A DNA stretch of 62,944 nucleotides, filler included, from Hyphochytrium catenoides (taxonomy: Eukaryota > Protista > Hyphochytriomycota), in assembly GCA_900088475.1 (NCBI GenBank). It is 5 parts of 5 records of this genome, joined end to end, with 100 filler letters (N's around TTAATTAATTAA, not from the genome) between each part and the next. Parts side by side here need not be neighbours in the genome. Positions count along the whole stretch, not along the records: positions 1 to 19,039 come from FLMG01004302.1; positions 19,140 to 31,116 come from FLMG01004568.1; 3 more parts are not named here. One strand, written 5' to 3'. The position numbers and the translations under genes are program-made. This document shows positions 10,019 to 20,640 of this stretch, one piece after another. Within the stretch, counting starts at the first letter, position 1; every line of letters begins with the position of its first letter. The notes beneath the pieces are model-generated. The model was given only the letters and a program-made list of their open reading frames with translations, had not been told where the DNA came from and searched no databases.

Positions 10019-13000
10019 ATGGACGATAGCGCCTATCTCCGCCCGAGCCCTTTCCTGCGCCTAACAATGCGCAGTCGAGCCAGTGATCGAGAACCAGGGC
10101 AGCTGGCACCTCCCTCTCCCACAGTTCGAGTCTCCTTCTCTCTCAACGCGGGTGAGGGACGGTCGACCAGCCCTCAGAGAGGAGGAAGACACAGAAGAAA
10201 GAGACCTCGGTTGAGCTTTATCGCTTCTATCTTCTTCGTTCTTCTCTTCTTTTCCTTTGCTATCTATTGCTTCTTAGCCTTGAGGCTGCACTTTGACGGT
10301 TCTCCGGAGAGAAACCAAGAGAGGCTCTCGACCTTTCTCCTCTCCTCATCACAAGATGAGGTTGATCAGCCATCTTCAGCGGTACCCTCTCCTCCTCTCT
10401 CTCCCGAAGAGCTAGAGGAGCTCCTTGCTAGCGATGACATAGTTATTTTGGCAGAAGGGAGCGGGGAGAAAGAGAAAGAGCGAGAGAGAGGGGAACCGGA
10501 AGTGGAAGGCAAACATGTAGGAGGAGAGAGAGAGGAGGATGAAGAGAGAGCGGAAGAGTGTAAGACCTGTCTCTTGCTCTTTCAAGAGTTGAACGGCCTC
10601 GGTCTGGACTACACGGTGATAGATCTTCAACTCTTCGAGCACGGCGACTTCCTCAGGCAGCACTTCTCTATAAGAGATAGACACGCTCCTGACTCCACGG
10701 GCACTGAAAGCGCGGACGCTGTGAGGATAGAGGAAGAGGAGAATGCCTTACCTCAGCAGAAGGGCAACTTGCTGTCTGAACCTAAGGAGCTGCCGGTGAC
10801 CTTCTATAAAGGAACACTTCGTGGCGGGAGAGGAGCGCTTCTCGCTCTCCTGAAGTTTCAGCGTGCACTGTCCGGCACAAGCAAGAATAGTAAAAATGAA
10901 GCAAAGCAGGGAGATATGCCTCTTCACCTTCCTCTGCGGTTAGAGGGCGTCCGCCGCATTGTCAACAGTGACAAAAAGCAAGATAATCAGCTACGTCTCA
11001 GCTCCATCGCGGCGAGGAAGGTGAAAAGTCTAGGATGGGAGGATCGCCTCTTTTGGCTGACACGACTGCAGATGCGGCGCCATCTATCGCTTACAGATGT
11101 TCACTCCTTCGCCAGGGGATGGAAACCGACACTTTCAGACATCTCCGAGATCCCTGTCACGGATCCGGATAATGATATTCAATGCATTGCCTGGCGCCAG
11201 CTGGAAGGGTGCAAAGGTGGAGAAAGGTTGCCAGAGCTAGATAGTCCATGCAGTGCCTCCATTGGGCAGGACTCTGCGGGCTTCTGTGAGTTTAGACATC
11301 ACAGGACGGGGCAAAGCTTCAAATATAGAGAGACAGCGTGTGATCATCCTCATCCTTTCACTTGCAATGACGCCCTCGAGATCTTCCTATACAAGCACAG
11401 GGAGGAGCAATTCCGGAGATTTGCCCCGCCTTTCCCCAGCGTTCCTCTCTCTCTGCCGCCAGAAGAGAGGGCCTCCACAGAAAGAGAGAGGCGAGGGATC
11501 GTGATGGCAACTCATGATGGCGTCATTTTCGATACTTACGTGGCCATTCGCACTCTTCGCTGGCTGAACTGCACTCTCCCTGTGGAGCTTTGGCACGGGG
11601 AGCATGAGATCAGGCCGCCAAGCAGACGTCTCCTGAATATTCTAAGGGATAAGCACGGCGTCACTTTGAGGCCCTTTGATGCTGGTAGGTAAGAGAGAGA
11701 GAGAGAAAAAGAAAAAGAGAGAGAGAGAGAGAGGAGAGAAGAGAAGAGAGAGGTTGCTGACTGTGATGGTGGTGAACTCTATTGCTTCTCTCTTTGTGTG
11801 TGCCGGTGACCTCTTTGTACTTCCACTACTGCCTCTACGCAATTTCTAGCGCCGGTGGCGGTGATATATTTTGATCTGGGTCTCCTTACTCCTGGGAGCT
11901 TGGTGTCTACTCTTACCCCCTCCTGGTCACTCCTTTAGGTTGCCTCTTGCTAGCTCTTTGCTTTTGCTTCTACACTCTTCCTCTCTCGTTCCTTGCCATA
12001 GAAGCTCAGACTTCCCTTATCGTGCACCAGTTTCTGCAGGCGTGGAAGGCTTCATGATCAAGATCTGGGGCATCTATCACTCTTCCTTCCGCGAGGTGCT
12101 CTTCCTCGATAACGATAATATCCCTATCCGAGATCCCTCCTATCTCTTTCTCTCCCCTCACTATCAGAAGACTGGAGCTATCTTCTGGCCTGACTTTTGG
12201 CACCCAAATAACACCATTTTTATCAACAATGTTAGGGGAAACCTTGTCCAGGAGCTCCTAGGCGTGCCTTTCTCCTTCATGCACGAGGGAGAAAGCGCAC
12301 AAATACTCATTGATAGAGAGAGACATTGGCGCTCTCTCCAGACGCTTCTCTTCTACTCTCTTCACACAGAGCCATGGAGCAAGCCTAAGCTATTACATGG
12401 GGATAAGGATCTCTTCCGCTTGGCGTGGATGAGGAACAACGCTTCCTTCTTCCTCATTCCCCGCCCGCCATCTGTTGCTGGCAGTATGACACTCGGGTTT
12501 GCCCAAAAGGAAAGAGACAAGGATCCTGTTTCTTACCTTTCGTTCCAATCTCCCCCTCGAGGTAGAGTCCCGGCTCCAACTCCGGATCCCCATCAGTTCT
12601 GCGGGACCACAATGGTCCAGCACGATCCAGAAGGAGCAGTACTCTTTCTCCATAGAAATCAAGCAAAATTCAGCTCCGCAGCCGGAAGGAAGAGACTCTG
12701 GAGAGAGATTCAGGAGTTTGTCCCACCCTCTGGGTCAAATTTTTCTTCAGCTCTCTCTTTTGTGGGAATGATACCAGTACCTGGCCTGCCGGAGACGGAG
12801 GGTGTCTGGCTGGGCACTGCCGAAGACAGAAAAACCATGCAGAACGCTGTTTCTTGTTTTCTTCATCAGACACATGGAAGGCTTGTCTTCAGTTCTTCTT
12901 CTTCCTCTTCCTCTTCCTCTCCCCCTTCCACTGCCACCCCCACCTCCGTCTCTTCTCCCGAGTCCAGGAAAGAGATAGGAACTGAGGGCGATCACTTTGA

Positions 13001-14528
13001 TAAACCACCACTGTCTCTGCTTTATATGAATCTCTCGTACTCTTCTTCTCTCTCGTTGGGCCAGTTCTACGACTCTTTCTCGCAGCTTCAAATCTGGCTT
13101 CAGAAGCTGGAGCAACAATGCCATTCTTTCCTCTTTGAGGGCGAGTCTGTTCGCTTTTCTTCCTCCACTATTGTCTCTGAGGGCTGGCGACGGAAAGATG
13201 TTGGAGGTGAAGGAGAGAAAGACAAGAAAGCCGAGGGCAGGCGGCCCATGGGTACCTCTCTCCTTGCCAGCATTTTTAACCTTAAGCCCATGGTAGCCAC
13301 AGCGAACACACCGGGTTCCTGCCTCTTGAGGGAGAAAGAGACAGGGAAACAGTTAGAGGCCATGAAGGTAGGGAAGGCTCATCGCATCTTCTCCTGCAAT
13401 CTTGAGCCTGTTCTCTCTCATGGGAAAGCCTTCTTCTCCTCGCTGCCGCTTTCCGCTTTGCCTTCCGTCGGAAGGAAGGTGGAGAAGAGTGGCAATGGAA
13501 TTATTTTTCTGCTTCTTCCTTGGGACACCGTGACGGCAGCTTTGCGCCAGTCTTTGAAGGTTCTTGGCAGGACGAACGGTGAGACAGTGGAGATCTGGAT
13601 AGAAGAAGGAGAGAAAGAAAGAACCCTGGAGAGAATGAGTGACCTTCTCTCTCCTCATCCAGGATGGAGATTGAAGACTTATCGCTGTCGGAGGTTCTCT
13701 GACGCATCATCTCTCTCCCTGCCAACGTGTGAGAAGCACTCTGTCCTGGGGAGCGTCCTCTCGGAGACCTCTCTAGAAAAGGTTCTTGTTCTTCTCTCTC
13801 CTCAATTGCTTCTCAAAGAGTACGACAGCTCTCTCTTTTCTCATCCTGCGTTTGACAAGGAAGGCGCGCTCTTCTGGCCCGAGTATATAGGACTTCCTCT
13901 CCCTCTCTCACAAAAGAAGGGGTGGAGAGAGAGTAACGAAGAGGAAGAGGAAGAGAGATTGCCTGTCGGGTATGGCGGGCTCTATGTGGCGCCAGATGAT
14001 CTACTCTGGCCTCTAATGGGCAGCAAGGGACGAAGAGACGAAGAGAGAGGAGGAGACGGTGACCATCCTCTTCCCTCTCTCTCCCAACAGCCCATCGTGT
14101 TAGATGTATTTTTTATAAACACACGGAAGAGAGAGAGACTGATCTCTGCTTTGCTCCATGTGGAAGGAGAGCTTCGAAAGAATGGTCTCGCCTTGGCTCG
14201 GCTTCTCTTTGGAGAGAACCATCTGCTTCGATTGTTAGCCTTAGTATTGGATGAGCACCTGGCAAGCGTAGGAGAGAATCCTTCTTTACTTCTCTCCTCC
14301 AGTCATTCTTCCATCTTCTCTAAGAACAAGAAGAGTGAGTGTGGCGTCGCCCAAGACCTTCGAGCTGGGAAAGAGAAGCTCTCCTTTTCTGTCATCCGGC
14401 CTCTCTCTTTCTTTCCTGCTGAACGATGGTGGCAAGATCTTGATGGCAGTCTCTCTTCTGTCTCTCCTCCTGCTGGAGAGCGGCCCACTGTCACCGTCCA
14501 GAACGGATGTGTCTCGTTCAGACCATGA
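10019..14528 (+). CDS. type II membrane GT71 (MNN2/MNN5-like) alpha-mannosyltransferase fused to a glutaredoxin-like domain and a degenerate second GT71 domain
   Basis: Exons 10019-11684 and 12040-14528 (phase-1 GT-AG intron), about 1380 aa. N-terminal TM helix; CIAWRQ..GFCE Cys module; RGIVM..IRTLRWLNCTLPVELWH; VLFLDNDNIP; TGAIFWPDFW; ESAQILIDR; HGDKDLFRLAW; FCGTTMVQHDPEGAVLFLHRN. Confidence 0.93.
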
Positions 14529-14861
14529 TAGAGAAACTAAGAAAGAGAGACATGGTAAACTAACAGAAGAAGGGTCTGGACCGCGGCTAACGCTACTTAA
14601 GCTTTATGTTTATAGAAAAGCGGGTGTACAGAGTATAGAGAGGAGAGGAGAAAGAGATCCCTACGAGAGAGAGGACATAGAGGCGAGTAGAGACAGGCCT
14701 TCAGAAGATGGACTCTAGAGGTATCTGTCCTTTCTTGCAATGACGCAGCGATAGACCAAGCCCATGCGAATGCTGGACAACTAAGTGATGCTCTTGTCGG
14801 GACGAGAAGAAAGAGAAAAGATAAGAGAGAGAGAGAGAGAGAGAAAGTGCGAGACAGAGAG

Positions 14862-14894
<33 letters not shown>

Positions 14895-15230
14895 NNNNNN
14901 NNNNNNNNNNNNNNNNNNNNNNNNNNNNNNNNNNNNNNNNNNNNNNNNNNNNNNGAACTGAAAAGCCAGAAGGAAAGAGAGAGAGACGAAAGAGAAGAGG
15001 AGGAAGGGTTATTCCCGCTCACTTATATTTATCTTGCATACCCGGGATCATAGAGATAGAGCCCGCTCACTATAAACGCCTCTTTTGCAGTAAGAACATT
15101 GTTTGGCACGGACTACTGCGCCCACCGCGGCTGGCAAGGGAGCAGAGAGAGAGAGAGAGAAACACACCTACAGAGAGAGAGAGACACACAGACAACAGAA
15201 AGCAGTGAGAGCAGAGAGAGAAAAGAAAGG

Positions 15231-18200
15231 CTAAGCAGCTGTGGCAGAGTTACCTCCGCAGCAGAAGATAGTGCGGAACGAGCGATAAGCGCGTGTGCAG
15301 AGAGGAGCTCTCTCCTCAGTCTTCTTCTCTCCTTCTCTGATGTCCGAGTCTTGCTCTCGCTCTGTCTGCTGAAAGGCAAGCGCTATCTCCTCCCTTGTCT
15401 CATCCTCAGTCTCCGTCTCCACCTCTAGCTGTTGCTTCTCCCCTTCCAGCTGTTCCAACCTCGTCATTAGCTCCTCCAGCCGTCTCTTCAGTTCGTCATT
15501 CTCTCTCTTTAGATCGTGCACAGGAGAATGAGCCGGAGAGGGAGAGAGAGAGCGAGAAGAGCGACAAAGAACGACTCCTACTTTGACATAGAGGAGAGCG
15601 ATCTTCCATCTCAGCTGGGCGCGCAGAGAACAGATAGACGCGCCGCGCATGGCTCTCCCAGTCTCACTGGTTCTGAAGCTTTGGCACGCAGTTCTCTCTC
15701 TCTTGTCCCGATTTATCATGCTCCCGTCTCTCTTTCTCATGCCTGGTTCCTCTCGTGGGGTCATACAAGAGAGAGAAGAGGGAGAAGGAGATGGTGAGGC
15801 GGAGCTGATGGTGCGCTGTCTCTGACGGTAAACTCTTTCCACCATCTTCCGCTTTCTCTCCTGCTCCTCCTCCTCCTCTCTGTCGTTCTCTCTCTCGGTC
15901 TGGAGGCTCTCCAGAAGCTCCTCGACCACCTGGACGCTTTGCGGTTTTTCTGCCCTTGCTCGCCTTCTTGCCTCAGCAAGGAGACGAAGGAGGCGATAAG
16001 AGAAAGAGAAAGAGAGAAATGCGCGTCTCCAGAGGCATCTTCTCTGCTGGTAGAGCAGCAGCCTGTCTACCCATTGCAGTGAGCTACACAGGAGAGAGGG
16101 CGAGAGAAGAGTGTCTGAAGAGCAAGGAGAGAGAAGAGCCGGAGAAGAGTCCGACTTTGCTATGAGGATGTGGTGGAAGTGCCTTGTCTCTATGGGACAG
16201 AGTCTGAACCGCTCCCTGCTGCTCTTACTCTCAGCCATCCGGCTCCATCTTCTTCGAATGTCTCTCTTTCTCTTTCTCTGACGGAGCTCCTTCTCTGCTG
16301 CACAGCGCCGCCAGAAGCTCTGGATTTGCATGGCTCTTCGGTTGCGCCTGCATTTCTGCAGCACGTCTACCCAGCCTCTATGTGCCACAATTTTTGCTAT
16401 CGCCACCTTCCAGAGCTTCAAAATGCGATAACGATGAATCTGAAGATTGACTCTCTGAAGCTCGGAGCGTATGCGGAGCCTTTCCATCTTCTGCAAAAAC
16501 TCTTCAATGCGTCCGACCCTGAAGAAGATCCTCGTGGATCCAAGCTGATAGCAAGTGCGGGGAAGAGAGAAGGCGGAGACAAGCGCTTCGACAAAGAGAC
16601 GGTCGCTCAGCTTGGATACACTTCGGGATACATCGCTTCCCGAGGGAGAGAGACAAGTCTCTCCTCTCGATCCCCTTTCTCTTGCCTCTTTATACATATC
16701 TCTCACTTCTTTGTATGGCAGTCGCGTGGGCAGGCCAACCTTCAGCACTTCACAAGCAGAGACGGTGCCAGACTGGCGGAGCTGCTGCGCCACATAGAGC
16801 CGGTCGAAGGCTCCGTATTCCATAGCTTTGTTAGGCTTAAAGCAACGAATATAATGTACGGAAGTGCTCTCAAGCTCTCCGATGAGCTCTGTCATTTGCT
16901 GCACGAAGAGAGCGGAGACGCTCTTGGAGAGAAGTGAGCTCTTCCGCTGCGCCAAGGTCTCCAGATAATCCGGAGGAAGAAGAGAGGAGACGATCCTGTC
17001 TGTGCTTCCAAGAAGAAGCTCTCCAATCTCGGGAGAGATGATGTTGCTGTTCTTATCGAGGAAGTTCTCCACGGTGTAGGTCACACAGCCAGCAAAATGC
17101 CTTACAATGAACTTCTCATGGACATCTCGAGGGTGCGGACGCGGAAGCAGATGCTTTCTTCTCGCATCGGAGAGAGAGAGAGACCCGCCGAGAGAAGATG
17201 AAGAGGAGCTAGAAGAAGAGAGAGAATGCACCCTATCGATGAACTTCTTGTCTGAGGGGTCAGGGCCGCGGGCAACACCGTCCAGAATGGCAAAGATCCC
17301 TCCTGGTCTTGAGGCAAAAAGCTCGATGAGCTCTGAATTATCTTCAAACGCGATAGGAACCGTCTGCAAGTTCTCTTCTCTATAGAGCGCCTGCTCCCTC
17401 TGGCAAATGGCGCGGACGAAGAGATTTTGCAAAGATTCATTGGCAAAGTTGATCAGCAGCTGCTCGAAGCCGTTCACGGCGAAGCTCTCGAAGCCAAAGA
17501 TGTCCAGGACGCCAATATAAGGAAGAGAGGCAGACGGACTCGTGCCAGACTGTGGCCAAAGGAAAGAGAAAGGGAGACAATAAAGAAGAGAGGAAAATGG
17601 GTTAGAATCATCTCTGTTACCTAGAGGCCTAGGCCTGGCGTTGTCTTGGTGTCCCTCTAACACTTTCTCTTTCTGTTCTTCTCTCTCTCTCGTTCTCTCT
17701 CTCTCTCTTTGGCATTCTCCTCTTCGTTGTTTCTTTAACTTCCCTGGCTCCTCTCTCCTCAGCCTTTCTATTCACTCTTCGAGGCTTGCTTTCACGGCCA
17801 TCGTCTACCATTCCTCCCCTGCCTCTCGGTCTGTCTCTCTCTCTTTCTGTCTATCTCTCTGTCTCTCTCCCTCTTCCTCTCTTACCTCCAGGCTCTCTGT
17901 TATCTGCTTCATGATCCAGCTGAAGAGTTCCCCATAGATGATCTTCGCAACTGAATCTCTCGCATAGATAGCGGTCTGTCTGTCTCTCTTCACCACGTAC
18001 TCACTGCCCCTCGAGCGGATTCTAGAGATCTTCTTCTCCAGCATCGCTCTCTCCAGCGCTCCCTCCTCCAGACCAAGACAGAGTGCTGCTCTTCTTAGCG
18101 CATCTCTTCCCTCCTCTTCTCCAACGACGGATGTGGTCCCTTGCTCTGTCTCTTCTTCACCAATCTCAATGTTCCCGAGATGCAGACATCCGCAGACGAC

Positions 18201-19039
18201 TCTGAAGATTTCTACTTGCGTCTCAGGAGATATCCCGATGGCTTTCAATGCGCGCCGCAGGGCAATGAATCGTTCGCTGTCTGCGCTGTCCGGGGAGAGA
18301 GCTTCGGGTTGGAGGTAAGCATAGGACCGAGACGGACACAGATCAAACTCAGCTCGCTCCGAAGGCTCCAGTCCCGCGAGCAACTAGTGAAAAAGGTGTA
18401 TGTTAGCCGAGAGACACGAGAGATAGGCGGTAAGCTGTGAAGGGTTAGAGGAAGAAAGGCATAAGATGATGGTTGGACGATAGAGAGATTAAGAGTATGA
18501 GGAGGAGACAAGAAGGACTGACTAGAGCAATTAAAGAGAAAGTAAAAGAGACGCAACGATCAAGAGACAGAGTAAGAGCTGAAGTAATAGCTTGAAAGAC
18601 AAGGGAGAGAAAGGAAGAGAGAGAGAGGGACGGAGTGAGCGAGAAAGAGAGAGAGAGAGAGAAGGAGTGAGCGAGAAAGAGAGAGAGAAGGAGAGAAAGA
18701 GAGAGAACTAAGGAGCAGTAAAAGCAGGGCGTAAGAAAGAAAAGGTGAGATAACAATGCAGAGAGAGAGAGAGAGGGAGAAGCCTCCTAGTGGCAGAGTA
18801 CCATGTAAAATATATGGAAGTTTCTCTCTCCTGCAGGACGGCTGACAAGCCTTGACTTCTCCAGTAAGTACGTGTCAATAGACGCACTCAGCAACTCAGG
18901 ACCGTCTCTGTCTTCTCGCTGCCCTCCCTTCCTCCCACCATCCGCCGCCCCAGACGCCGAGGGAGAAGAAGAGAGAGAGGACGAAAAGTGCAGGCGCATG
19001 TACTTTCCAAAGCGAGAGGAATTGTGGTTTCTCTGTGTC
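15231..19039 (-). CDS. myosin heavy chain (C-terminal part of motor, IQ, short coiled-coil tail), 5' truncated by scaffold end
   Basis: Exons 19039-18802, 18383-17886, 17549-15231. Motifs [10 protein letters not shown] (switch I), [25 protein letters not shown] (switch II), [27 protein letters not shown]. Confidence 0.95.
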
Positions 19040-19139
19040 NNNNNNNNNNNNNNNNNNNNNNNNNNNNNNNNNNNNNNNNNNNNTTAATTAATTAANNNNN
19101 NNNNNNNNNNNNNNNNNNNNNNNNNNNNNNNNNNNNNNN
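19040..19139. other. artificial scaffold spacer
   Basis: 44 N + TTAATTAATTAA (19084-19095, stop codons in all six frames) + 44 N = 100 nt. Confidence 0.98.
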
Positions 19140-19180
19140 TCTCTCTCTCTCTCTCTCGCTCGCTCGCTCTCTCTCCCACC

Positions 19181-19216
<36 letters not shown>

Positions 19217-19780
19217 TTCTCTCTCTCTCTGTTGTCTCTTCTCTAAGTGCGGGTAGATAGATGCCCCCACTCTCTCTCTCTCGTCGTACGTCTCTCTTCT
19301 TCCTCTCTTTCTGGCCCTTGCTCTCGTCCTCTCTATCCTTTCTCGTTTTTCAGTGTGAAGTTGCCACTTTCTTGTTTCCCTTGGTCCAATGTCTCTGGTT
19401 CTCCATCCTCTCCCAGGTCGTCATAGTCTACTCGATTCCCAGCTCTCTCTCTAGGCCACTCCGTCTTCCTCTCTCTCTCTCTCTCACGTGCTCTCTCTCT
19501 CTTCTGTTGGTGTCCCTCTGTCATTGGTGCTCCCTCACTTTCTTTCACTGGCAAGTCTAAGTCGCATCCTGCGCTTCTCTTCTGTCTCTCTCGTGCTCGT
19601 TCTTCTTCTCTCTCTCTCTCGTTCCCTCTCTCTTTTGTTTGTCTCTTCTTTCACGTATCCACGGCTCTTCTGCCACCAACAGCTTTGAAGGTTCTCTCTC
19701 TGTCTTCTCCCCTCTTGGTACGCATCGGTCTCTCAAATTCTTCTCTCACGTTTCTCTTAAGTCCATCATATTACGAGTCC

Positions 19781-20155
19781 ATGGAGAGGGAAAACGAAGA
19801 GAGAGAGGAAGGTTCGGAGTCTCTCTCTCCTTCTCTCCCCGCGCCTGCATCCCCCAAGGCCCCTGGCCGCCACTCTCTCCTCCTCCTCCAGCCTGAGGCG
19901 CTCAAGTATGACGAGGAAGTGCGGCAGGCGCTGCGGCTCCGCGGGTTCAAGATTCGGCAGCAGACCATCATGACGCTAAGTAAAACTATGGCAAAGCAGT
20001 ACCTGGACCTCAGCTACCACGTCATCGAGGAAGAGGTTAGCAGGTGATGTCTATTCTTTCTCTCTCTCTCTCTCTCTCNNNNNNNNNNNNNNNNNNNNNN
20101 NNNNNNNNNNNNNNNNNNNNNNNNNNNNNNNNNNNNNNNNNNNNNNNNNCTCTCT

Positions 20156-20204
<49 letters not shown>

Positions 20205-20580
20205 CTCTTTTTCTCTCTCTTCACCTTGACTTCTCCTATATTCTTCATTACCCCGCTGGCCATGTTCCATCACACAGAGACATTCCTAAGGCGGAAGAAA
20301 AGAAGGAAGAGCCTCCAGCAGACAATCCTGAGAGGAAAGAGGGAGAGACTCAAAGCGACGAGAAACTTACAGAGGAAAGCGAAGAATCAGGAGAGAAAGA
20401 AGAAAAGAAAGAAGACGAGGAAAGAGGAGAGACAAAGGAAGAGAATGAGGAAGAAGAGAGTCCTCCTCCGGTTCCTACTCCTCCTCCCCCTCCTCAGACC
20501 TACCTCAATCTGCTGCCAGCCTTGATCGAGCACCTCACAAGGTTGTCAAGCTTGTTTCTTAGCGTCTTTCTTTCTTTTTG

Positions 20581-20640
<60 letters not shown>

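Noticed and set aside
16084-16228. Intron within the myosin tail (GTAAG..TAG)
   Set aside because: Removing 145 nt shifts the frame to a stop within a few codons, whereas the unspliced frame is open.
19084-19095. TTAATTAATTAA as a PacI-like or piggyBac TTAA biological motif
   Set aside because: It is always centred between exactly 44 N on each side, so it is a synthetic linker.
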